From NCBI GenBank assembly GCA_032718475.1, contig JAUCBJ010009041.1, forward strand, positions 1 to 64,000: a DNA stretch of 64,000 nt. Direction: 5' to 3'. Source of the stretch: Nemertoderma westbladi. Its lineage: Eukaryota; Animalia; Xenacoelomorpha. Positions 20,628 through 31,182 of the stretch are shown in pieces (the first letter of the stretch is position 1; every line of letters begins with the position of its first letter). The notes under the pieces were generated by a model that was not told where the DNA came from, did not search any database, and worked only from the letters and a program-made list of their open reading frames with translations. The translations under genes and the position numbers were made by a program.

Positions 20628-20924
20628 CTTGTAGGTTGCCTAGTAGCCGGAATGTTGGGACCCACCAATGATGCATTGTCAGAAGAGATAGCTTCCATTA
20701 TATCATTCAAAGAGTCGTAGTTACTAACATAATTAGTGTTCGTGGGTAGTGATTGGTTATTCACATTGCCTGTAAGTTGATACTGATTGGATGAATTTCC
20801 AGGGAATTGCAGGGTAGAATTATTATAGGAAACTAATTTCCGGCCGGACGTAGTTGTAGAATATTGGGTTGTCGGGTTAAACTGGAGAGACAAATCGGTG
20901 GAATCCGCGGCAACCAACGGATAA
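20628..20924 (-). CDS. HSF: HSF internal exon, 297 bp, Asn/Ser/Thr-rich (phase 2-2)
   Basis: Strong acceptor atttctttctccgcag|T and donor AAG|gtaagc; open frame YPLVAADSTD...RQPT. Confidence 0.75.
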
Positions 20925-21048
20925 CTGCGGAGAAAGAAATACATAAGTAATAATTTAGAGTTACAGCGAGTTATCAACATTGGGAGTTAGTGTGACGTCC
21001 TCCATGACTCATAGGTAACATCCAAGTGAGAGGAGACTTCTGCGATAT

Positions 21049-24000
21049 AGAGGAGACGTCGGGTTGCCTCCGGTAGAGGGGAGCCTTCAGGTTGCCTCCG
21101 GTAGAGAGGAGCCTTCGGGTTGCCTCCGGTAGAGAGGAGCCTTCGGGTTGCCTCCGGTAGAGAGGAGCCTTCGGGTTGCCTCCGGTAGAGATGAGCCTTC
21201 GGGTTGCCTCCGGTAGAGAGGAACCTTCGGGTTACCTCCGGTAGAGAGGAGCCTTCGGGTTGCCTCCGGTAGAGAGGAGCCTTCGGGTTGACCTCCGGTA
21301 GAGAGGAGCCTTCGGGTTGCCTCCGGTAGAGGGAGCCTTCGGGTTGCCTCCGGTAGAGAGGAGCCTTCGGGTTGCCTCCGGTAGAGGGGAGCCTTCGGGT
21401 TGCCTCCGGTAGAGAGGAGCCTTCGGGGTGACCTCCGGTGGAGAGGATCCTTCGGGTTGCCTCCGGTAGAGAGGAGCCTTCGGGTTGCCTCCGGTAGAGA
21501 GGAGCCTTAGGGTTGCCTCCGGTAGAGAGGAGCCTTAGGGTTGCCTCCGGTAGAGAGGAGCCTTAGGGTTGCCTCCGGTAGAGAGGAGCCTTCGGGTTGC
21601 CTCCGGTAGAGAGGAGCCTTCGGGTTGCCTCCGGTAGAGAGGAGCCTTCGGGTTGCCTCCGGTAGAGAGGAGCCTTCGGGTTGCCTCCGGTAGAGAGGAG
21701 CCTTCGGGGTTGCCTCCGGTAGAGAGGAGCCTTAGGGTTGCCTCCGGTAGAGAGGAGCCTTCGGGTTGCCTCCGGTAGAGAGGAGCCTTCGGGTTGCCTC
21801 CGGTAGAGAGGAGCCTTCGGGTTGCCTCCGGTAGAGAGGAGCCTTCGGGGTTCCCTCCAGTAGAGAGGAGCTTTTGGGTTGCCTCCGGTAGAGAGGAGCC
21901 TTCGGGTTGCCTCCGTGTAGAGAGGAGGCCTTCGGGTTGCCTCCGGTAGAGAGGAGCTCTTCGGGTTGCCTCCGGTAGAGAGGAGCCTTCGGGTTGCCTC
22001 CGGTAGAGAGGAGCCTTGGGGTTGCCTCCAGTAGAGAGGAGCCTTCGGGTTGCCTCCGGTAGAGAGGAGCCTTCGGGTTGCCTCCGGTAGAGAGGGGCCT
22101 TCGGGGTTGCCTCCAGTAGAGATGAGCCTTCAGGTTGCCTCCGGTAGAGAGGAGCCTTCGGGTTGCCTCCGGTAGAGAGGAGCCTTCGGGTTGCCTCCGG
22201 TAGAGAGGAGCCTTCGGGTTGCCTCCGGTAGAGAGGAGCCTTCGGGTTGCCTCCGGTAGAGGGGAGCCTTCGGGTTGCCTCCGGTAGAGAGGAGCCTTCG
22301 GGTTACCTCCGGTAGAGAGGAACCTTCGGGTTGCCTCCGGTAGAGAGGAGCCTTCGGGTTGCCTCCGGTAGAGAGGAGCCTTCGGGTTGCCTCCGGTAGA
22401 GAGGAGCCTTCGGGTTGCCTCCGGTAGAGAGGAGCCTTCGGGTTGCCTCCGTAGATATGAGCTTTTGGTTGCCTCCGGTAGAGAGGAGCCTTCGGGTTGC
22501 CTCCGGTAGAGAGGAGCCTTCGGGTTGCCTCCGGTAGAGAGGAGCCTTTGGGTTGCCTCCGGTAGAGAGGAGCCTTCGGGTTGCCTCCGGTAGAGAGGAG
22601 CCTTCGGGTTGCCTCCGGTAGAGAGGAGCCTTCGGGTTGCCTCCGGTAGAGAGGAGCCTTCGGGTTGCCTCCGGTAGAGAGGAGCCTTCGGGTTGCCTCC
22701 GGTAGAGAGGAGCCTTCGGGTTGCCTCCGGTAGAGAGGAGCCTTCGGGTTGCCTCCGGTAGAGAGGAGCCTTCGGGTTGCCTCCGGTAGAGAGGAGCCTT
22801 CGGGTTGCCTCCGGTAGAGAGGAGCCTTCGGGTTGCCTCCGGTAGAGAGGAGCCTTCGGGTTGCCTCCGGTAGATAGGAGCCTTCGGGTTGCCTCCGGTA
22901 GAGAGGAGCCTTCGGGTTGCCTCCGGTAGAGAGGAGCCTTCGGGTTGCCTCCGGTAGAGAGGAGCCTTCGGGTTGCCTCCGGTAGAGAGGAGCCTTCGGG
23001 TTGCCTCCGGTAGAGAGGAGCCTTCGGGTTGCCTCCGGTAGAGAGGAGCCTTCGGGTTGCCTCCGGTAGAGAGGAGCCTTCGGGTTGCCTCCGGTAGAGG
23101 GGAGCCTTCGGGTTGCCTCCGGTAGAGAGGAGCCTTCGGGTTGCCTCCGGTAGAGAGGAACCTTCGGGTTGCCTCCGGTAGAGAGGAGCCTTCGGGTTGC
23201 CTCCGTAGAGAGGAGCCTTCGGGTTGCCTCCGGTAGAGAGGAGCCTTCGGGTTGCCTCCGGTAGAGAGGGAGCCTTCGGGTTCCTCCAGTAGAGATGAGC
23301 TTTTAGGTTGCCTCCGGTAGAGAGGAGCCTTCGGGTTGCCTCCGGTAGAGAGGAGCCTTCGGGTTGCCTCCGGTAGAGAGGAGCCTTCGGTTGCCTCCGG
23401 TAGAGAGGAGCCTTCGGGTTGCCTCCGGTAGAGAGGAGCCTTCGGGTTGCCTCCGGTAGAGAGGAGCCTTCGGGTTGCCTCCGGTAGAGAGGAGCCTTCG
23501 GGTTGCCTCCGGTAGAGAGGAGCCTTCGGGTTGCCTCCGGTAGAGAGGAGCCTTCGGGTTGCCTCCGGTAGAGAGGAGCCTTCGGGTTGCCTCCGGTAGA
23601 GAGGAGCCTTCGGGTTGCCTCCGGTAGAGAGGAGCCTTCGGGTTGCCTCCGGTAGAGAGGAGCCTTCGGGTTGCCTCCGGTAGAGAGGAGCCTTCGGGTT
23701 GCCTCCGGTAGAGAGGAGCCTTCGGGTTGCCTCCGGTAGAGAGGAGCCTTCGGGTTGCCTCCGGTAGAGAGGAGCCTTCGGGTTGCCTCCGGTAGAGAGG
23801 AGCCTTCGGGTTGCCTCCGGTAGAGAGGAGCCTTCGGGTTGCCTCCGGTAGAGAGGAGCCTTCGGGTTGCCTCCGGTAGAGAGGAGCCTTCGGGTTGCCT
23901 CCGGTAGAGAGGAGCCTTCGGGTTGCCTCCGGTAGAGAGGAGCCTTCGGGTTGCCTCCGGTAGAGAGGAGCCTTCGGGTTGCCTCCGGTAGAGAGGAGCC

Positions 24001-27000
24001 TTCGGGTTGCCTCCGGTAGAGAGGAGCCTTCGGGTTGCCTCCGGTAGAGAGGAGCCTTCGGGTTGCCTCCGGTAGAGAGGAGCCTTCGGGTTGCCTCCGG
24101 TAGAGAGGAGCCTTCGGGTTGCCTCCGGTAGAGAGGAGCCTTCGGGTTGCCTCCGGTAGAGAGGAGCCTTCGGGTTGCCTCCGGTAGAGAGGAGCCTTCG
24201 GGTTGCCTCCGGTAGAGAGGAGCCTTCGGGTTGCCTCCGGTAGAGAGGAGCCTTCGGGTTGCCTCCGGTAGAGAGGAGCCTTCGGGTTGCCTCCGGTAGA
24301 GAGGAGCCTTCGGGTTGCCTCCGGTAGAGAGGAGCCTTCGGGTTGCCTCCGGTAGAGAGGAGCCTTCGGGTTGCCTCCGGTAGAGAGGAGCCTTCGGGTT
24401 GCCTCCGGTAGAGAGGAGCCTTCGGGTTGCCTCCGGTAGAGAGGAGCCTTCGGGTTGCCTCCGGTAGAGAGGAGCCTTCGGGTTGCCTCCGGTAGAGAGG
24501 AGCCTTCGGGTTGCCTCCGGTAGAGAGGAGCCTTCGGGTTGCCTCCGGTAGAGAGGAGCCTTCGGGTTGCCTCCGGTAGAGAGGAGCCTTCGGGTTGCCT
24601 CCGGTAGAGAGGAGCCTTCGGGTTGCCTCCGGTAGAGAGGAGCCTTCGGGTTGCCTCCGGTAGAGAGGAGCCTTCGGGTTGCCTCCGGTAGAGAGGAGCC
24701 TTCGGGTTGCCTCCGGTAGAGAGGAGCCTTCGGGTTGCCTCCGGTAGAGAGGAGCCTTCGGGTTGCCTCCGGTAGAGAGGAGCCTTCGGGTTGCCTCCGG
24801 TAGAGAGGAGCCTTCGGGTTGCCTCCGGTAGAGAGGAGCCTTCGGGTTGCCTCCGGTAGAGAGGAGCCTTCGGGTTGCCTCCGGTAGAGAGGAGCCTTCG
24901 GGTTGCCTCCGTAGAGAGCCTCGGTTCCTCCGGTAGAGAGGAGCCTTCGGGTTGCCTCCGGTAGAGAGGAGCCTTCGGGTTGCCTCCGGTAGAGAGGAGC
25001 CTTCGGGTTGCCTCCGGTAGAGAGGAGCCTTCGGGTTGCCTCCGGTAGAGAGGAGCCTTCGGGTTGCCTCCGGTAGAGAGGAGCCTTCGGGTTGCCTCCG
25101 GTAGAGAGGAGCCTTCGGGTTGCCTCCGGTAGAGAGGAGCCTTCGGGTTGCCTCCGGTAGAGAGGAGCCTTCGGGTTGCCTCCGGTAGAGAGGAGCCTTC
25201 GGGTTGCCTCCGGTAGAGAGGAGCCTTCGGGTTGCCTCCGGTAGAGAGGAGCCTTCGGGTTGCCTCCGGTAGAGAGGAGCCTTCGGGTTGCCTCCGGTAG
25301 AGAGGAGCCTTCGGGTTGCCTCCGGTAGAGAGGAGCCTTCGGGTTGCCTCCGGTAGAGAGGAGCCTTCGGGTTGCCTCCGGTAGAGAGGAGCCTTCGGGT
25401 TGCCTCCGGTAGAGAGGAGCCTTCGGGTTGCCTCCGGTAGAGAGGAGCCTTCGGGTTGCCTCCGGTAGAGAGGAGCCTTCGGGTTGCCTCCGGTAGAGAG
25501 GAGCCTTCGGGTTGCCTCCGGTAGAGAGGAGCCTTCGGGTTGCCTCCGGTAGAGAGGAGCCTTCGGGTTGCCTCCGGTAGAGAGGAGCCTTCGGGTTGCC
25601 TCCGGTAGAGAGGAGCCTTCGGGTTGCCTCCGGTAGAGAGGAGCCTTCGGGTTGCCTCCGGTAGAGAGGAGCCTTCGGGTTGCCTCCGGTAGAGAGGAGC
25701 CTTCGGGTTGCCTCCGGTAGAGAGGAGCCTTCGGGTTGCCTCCGGTAGAGAGGAGCCTTCGGGTTGCCTCCGGTAGAGAGGAGCCTTCGGGTTGCCTCCG
25801 GTAGAGAGGAGCCTTCGGGTTGCCTCCGGTAGAGAGGAGCCTTCGGGTTGCCTCCGGTAGAGAGGAGCCTTCGGGTTGCCTCCGGTAGAGAGGAGCCTTC
25901 GGGTTGCCTCCGGTAGAGAGGAGCCTTCGGGTTGCCTCCGGTAGAGAGGAGCCTTCGGGTTGCCTCCGGTAGAGAGGAGCCTTCGGGTTGCCTCCGGTAG
26001 AGAGGAGCCTTCGGGTTGCCTCCGGTAGAGAGGAGCCTTCGGGTTGCCTCCGGTAGAGAGGAGCCTTCGGGTTGCCTCCGGTAGAGAGGAGCCTTCGGGT
26101 TGCCTCCGGTAGAGAGGAGCCTTCGGGTTGCCTCCGGTAGAGAGGAGCCTTCGGGTTGCCTCCGGTAGAGAGGAGCCTTCGGGTTGCCTCCGGTAGAGAG
26201 GAGCCTTCGGGTTGCCTCCGGTAGAGAGGAGCCTTCGGGTTGCCTCCGGTAGAGAGGAGCCTTCGGGTTGCCTCCGGTAGAGAGGAGCCTTCGGGTTGCC
26301 TCCGGTAGAGAGGAGCCTTCGGGTTGCCTCCGGTAGAGAGGAGCCTTCGGGTTGCCTCCGGTAGAGAGGAGCCTTCGGGTTGCCTCCGGTAGAGAGGAGC
26401 CTTCGGGTTGCCTCCGGTAGAGAGGAGCCTTCGGGTTGCCTCCGGTAGAGAGGAGCCTTCGGGTTGCCTCCGGTAGAGAGGAGCCTTCGGGTTGCCTCCG
26501 GTAGAGAGGAGCCTTCGGGTTGCCTCCGGTAGAGAGGAGCCTTCGGGTTGCCTCCGGTAGAGAGGAGCCTTCGGGTTGCCTCCGGTAGAGAGGAGCCTTC
26601 GGGTTGCCTCCGGTAGAGAGGAGCCTTCGGGTTGCCTCCGGTAGAGAGGAGCCTTCGGGTTGCCTCCGGTAGAGGGGAGCCTTCGGGTTGCCTCCGGTAG
26701 AGAGGAGCCTTCGGGTTGCCTCCGGTAGAGAGGAGCCTTCGGGTTGCCTCCGGTAGAGAGGAGCCTTCGGGTTGCCTCCGGTAGAGAGGAGCCTTCGGGT
26801 TGCCTCCGGTAGAGAGGAGCCTTCGGGTTGCCTCCGGTAGAGAGGAGCCTTCGGGTTGCCTCCGGTAGAGAGGAGCCTTCGGGTTGCCTCCGGTAGAGAG
26901 GAGCCTTCGGGTTGCCTCCGGTAGAGAGGAGCCTTCGGGTTGCCTCCGGTAGAGAGGAGCCTTCGGGTTGCCTCCGGTAGAGAGGAGCCTTCGGGTTGCC

Positions 27001-27430
27001 TCCGGTAGAGAGGAGCCTTCGGGTTGCCTCCGGTAGAGAGGAGCCTTCGGGTTGCCTCCGGTAGAGAGGAACCTTCGGGTTGCCTCCGGTAGAGAGGAGC
27101 CTTCGGGTTGCCTCCGGTAGAGAGGAGCCTTCGGGTTGCCTCCGGTAGAGAGGAGCCTTCGGGTTGCCTCCGGTAGAGAGGAGCCTTCGGGTTGCCTCCG
27201 GTAGAGAGGAGCCTTCGGGTTGCCTCCGGTAGAGAGGAGCCTTCGGGTTGCCTCCGGTAGAGAGGAGCCTTCGGGTTGCCTCCGGTAGAGAGGAGCCTTC
27301 GGGTTGCCTCCGGTAGAGAGGAGCCTTCGGGTTGCCTCCGGTAGAGAGGAGCCTTCGGGTTGCCTCCGGTAGAGAGGAGCCTTCGGGTTGCCTCCGGTAA
27401 TGAGGAGCCTTCGGGTTTCCTCCGGTAGAG
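21049..27430. repeat. 28-bp GC-rich satellite, about 228 copies, 6.4 kb
   Basis: Unit agaggagccttcgggttgcctccggtag; very homogeneous on the right, more variants on the left. Confidence 0.99.
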
Positions 27431-28231
27431 AAAATAATTTTCGATGGCTGTGAATAAATATTCTGTCCATACAATGAACTATATTAATATCGTTTCGTGA
27501 CCAAAGAGCCAGAACAACACTCACCAAAAAATGTGGATTCGAGAAAAATACAAAAAAACCTTCTCATTTCCCTCTATATGGATCCAGTCTCCTAATTTTT
27601 TCGACAGAGGTCTGGGAAGATACAATGACACATTTTATAATAGTGGCTAGCATTCAGAATAAATTTTGTTGATGAAAAAAACTGTTTTTTTCGTTATTTT
27701 CCAAAGAGACAAAACAACACATACAGTACTGAAATTTAACATTAACTCTAGTCTGTGTGTGTTGTTTTACCTCTATGATTAGATCACAGAAACATAACAA
27801 CTCACGTCATTCCTCGACTATTGAATGGTGTTTTTCCTGGTAAAGTATGATAGATAGATATTTAAATGTCGCGTCGGACTTACGCACATTACATTTCCAT
27901 GCTGCTCTATTGGATATTTTTCGCCCCTTGCCAGGCTTCCTCATATGTTTCCATATGACGTCATTGCTATGTACCTAGACATATTTGGACTAGGATCATC
28001 CTCATCGTCACTATAACTAGATGATGGAATGTAATTTAACTCTGTAAACTCCAAGTCATCAACATACTCCATTTGTACATCGACATCACCTGCTGGTGAA
28101 TTCTCAATTGAGCACATGTGATTTAAATGGTAATTTATATAAATAGCCCTACTCCGATAATAACTCATTTGAAAGAAAGTAATTATATTAATTTAGATTT
28201 GAATCAATGCCAACATTATTTAAAAATCAAA

Positions 28232-28295
28232 TAGATTATGACAAAAGTTTCGTTGACTTGTTTTTTGGCCGTAAATGCTCATCATCAGATCCTAA
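28232..28295 (-). ncRNA. Degenerate Penelope-type hammerhead motif
   Basis: Minus strand gat-CTGATGA-tgagc...gtcaac-GAAAC-tttt-GTC-ata; stems I and II poorly paired. Confidence 0.3.
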
Positions 28296-28822
28296 ATTCT
28301 ACACTACCACTTAACTCGCGTCAGATAGTGTGGAATAGTTCATATTAATCAACTTTGCCGCTAATTTAAATACATATTATTCCAGAAAAATTTGGCTTCT
28401 TTTGATTCGTTTATAAATAATATACAGGAGTTGCAATACATTGCATTGTGTGGTGTGGGTTCTTTTGCTTCGAATAAGTGTGGTATGTGTTGTTTTACCT
28501 CTAACGGTTTTCAACTTTTATGTTGTGAGGGTTGTTCTGGTTTTCCATATCTCCTAAACGGACTGACATACAAGTCTATGATTTTAACATTAGATGTAAA
28601 ACGCCATCTTGAGTAATTTTGGTGAAAAATTTTTTTTTGAAAAATTGTGGTGTGTTGTTCTGGCTCTATGGTAACGGTTTGTACGTTTTTAATATCAATG
28701 ACAGAATGATATGCCTCAGCGAAATAACAAAAAGTGATTACAATAATAATCTCTGCTACGATGGCGATTGGAAAACTACTAATAATCGAGATCCTAATAT
28801 AGAGTAACTGTTGTATTCAAAC

Positions 28823-28974
28823 CTTGATTCGTTGTTAGAGTTGGCAGGAACATGACCTACATCCAACGTCGATAGAAAGTTCGAATCAGAGAATGGATCT
28901 AAGTCGGGGTAAGCATCGGTATCTAATGAGTAATGGGGGCTAGCCATTAGGTTATAGATACCACGGGAAGGAGA
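28823..28974 (-). CDS. HSF: HSF internal exon, 152 bp (phase 0 to 2)
   Basis: Acceptor ttgtttttcttacag|TCT; SPSRGIYNLMASPHYSLDTDAYPDLDPFSDS...; donor AAG|gtttga is weaker and was chosen for phase compatibility. Confidence 0.65.
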
Positions 28975-29680
28975 CTGTAAGAAAAACAATTTAATTGGTA
29001 TAAATATAAACTCTAAGATACAAACTGAAGTGGTAAATATTCCATCTGTAGTGTAATTACACGTAGGTGAGCTGACTTCGCGCACACGTAAGTCTAGATG
29101 AGCGTTTGCGTAGCGTAGAGGTGCAATTAGTGGACTTAGTCATTCGCCCCCTAGTGGTTGACATATTAACTATAGAAGTATGTCTGTGTGTAGAATTGTT
29201 AAACTTTTTATAGACTACAAACGAGTAGGCCTACCAGTTTTGATTCCATTTAATCACAGATTGACTGCTTTATTAGCGTTTAAACATTTTCGACAACAAC
29301 GACGACAGACGGGCCCACTAATTATACCCCCAACGATAAGACTCAACTGGACTTACGTGGCTCGCCCCCCTTATTGCAACAAAGCCGATATCACTATTAA
29401 TTGTGTAGAGGTAGCCCGCGTTTATATTGTATTGAGATATTGTATTCATGTATTGTATTGTATACAATACGATACGAAATACAAAAATATTATATTGTGA
29501 AATAGTTAAAATTGAAATGTACATTAATTTTAGAAATATAAAACTTAAAATAATATTATTAATATTTCTGTAAATTTCTGTAAAAATTTACTATTTAATT
29601 AAAAATAAACTTTACATAATAAATTATTAATAAAATAGAAAATTTCCATAAAAATGTCAAATTTCCTAATTCGCATCCCT

Positions 29681-29925
29681 GTGGGGCGAGCCACGAAAGT
29701 AAGCGAGCTTAGCATACGGGTACCACTAACTCAATCGGTGTGTCTGTTGTTCTGTTGATCTGCCGATCTGTTGTTCTGTCGTGTCCAATTTTAAACGTTA
29801 ATAAATCAGCCAAATCTTAATGAATTATATCCAATCTTGGTACACAGGTAGTCTGGCAAAAGTTGAGAAATTTTCCAAGTTGAATTTGCGTGTGGCCTTC
29901 GAGAAGGTAAGATAAATTCAGTTAA
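29681..29925 (+). mobile_element. Helentron/DINE-1-like non-autonomous element fragment
   Basis: Same head as 6294, then a tctgt microsatellite-like tract and aatcttggtacacaggtag, a layout typical of HINE/DINE-like repeats. Confidence 0.55.
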
Positions 29926-30600
29926 TTAATTAATGATTAATAAATTAATGTTGGTTAAGGTAAATAACAGCATTTTCAAGCATTTCTTTTAACGGAAATT
30001 AATTATTTTACAGTATAAGATTTAAATAATTATACTTAAAAATTATACAGCTGTAATCCCCATACCCCATTCCATTATAGTTTTTAATTAGTTCAAGTGA
30101 TTTGCTTTAAGAAATATGTTTTTAATTGATCCAAACATAAATAAGTTATCAAAATGCCACCGTTTCTATACCAGCTCCCTCATTCATTGGCATGCTTGGT
30201 ATTGCCTAGCCTTGCTGGGAACCAGTCCAACCACATCAGCACGAACGGGTAATTACATCCATAGGACATAGGCACTAGTGTAAGGTACCAGAGTAATAAC
30301 ACAGCTTGCTTTATCTCGAAAAAATGATTGGCTGAGTATTTAATCGTGATTCTTTAGAATAATTATATAAATAATTTCGTTGAGGTGTTGGTTGACATGA
30401 TAAATTAATATTTCAGTATCAATACTATCGGCTAAGTTTAAATAATTTTTGCAAATTGGGTTGCCTCTTTACCTAAAATTTAAAACACAAATTTCCTGTT
30501 AATACCGCTGCCTTTCATTAAACCTCTGTGCGCCTTTGGGTTGGGGTGGTGCAGTCGTGCAGATTAAGTGGGCGATTGAAACGAGGGGGGGGGGGGGGGG

Positions 30601-31176
30601 GGGGGGAACTTTAATCTCTTCTTTGATTTATTCTTATTGGTGGTTTGGTTAAATTTCTTAAATAACGATTTTGGGATAGAATTGGTCAATTTTAATCTGT
30701 ATCTGAAAACTGAGCCTCGTGCTGCGCGAAGGCCGCACGAACAGTAATTAACTGTATCTCTAGAGAATACTGATATTTTAGGATAATATTAAGGTTTACC
30801 CAATTTTGCCAGTTTATACACATTCTGAAAAAAGGAAAACACAAGTAGAGTAAACACTAGAAACAAGTGATTTCTGCTTAGTTGTGTTGAGGTGGTTTGT
30901 TGTCTTGGCTCTTGCGGTCGTAACTACGGGTGAAATATACTTTTCCGATAATTTCCGGACATTTCCTTGAAAAAACATATTTCCGGAAAACCCACAATTT
31001 GTGAATAACGATCCTTTCTTACACATTTTAATGAGACGTTCGTGGGGCCTTCGCGCATCACAAGGCACAGTTATGAGATACAGATTAATATTGAGAGATT
31101 CTACTGTATTACAAACTCGGTATTTAAGAAATTTAACAAAACACCAATAATTAAAGAAGAGGGGAAAGTTCCCCCT
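30601..31176. mobile_element. MITE/foldback-like element with about 140-bp imperfect inverted arms
   Basis: Arms pair: ggggaacttt/aaagttcccc, ttattggtg/caccaataa, ttaaatttcttaaata/tatttaagaaatttaa, taatctgtatct/agatacagatta, tgcgcgaaggcc/ggccttcgcgca, cacgaac/gttcgtg. Confidence 0.75.
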
Positions 31177-31182
31177 TCAACC

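Noticed and set aside
21732-27527. 1931-aa and 1723-aa ORFs
   Set aside because: The 28-bp unit has no stop on the minus strand, so all frames give the same peptide cycle; indels shift frame freely. Artefact of the satellite.
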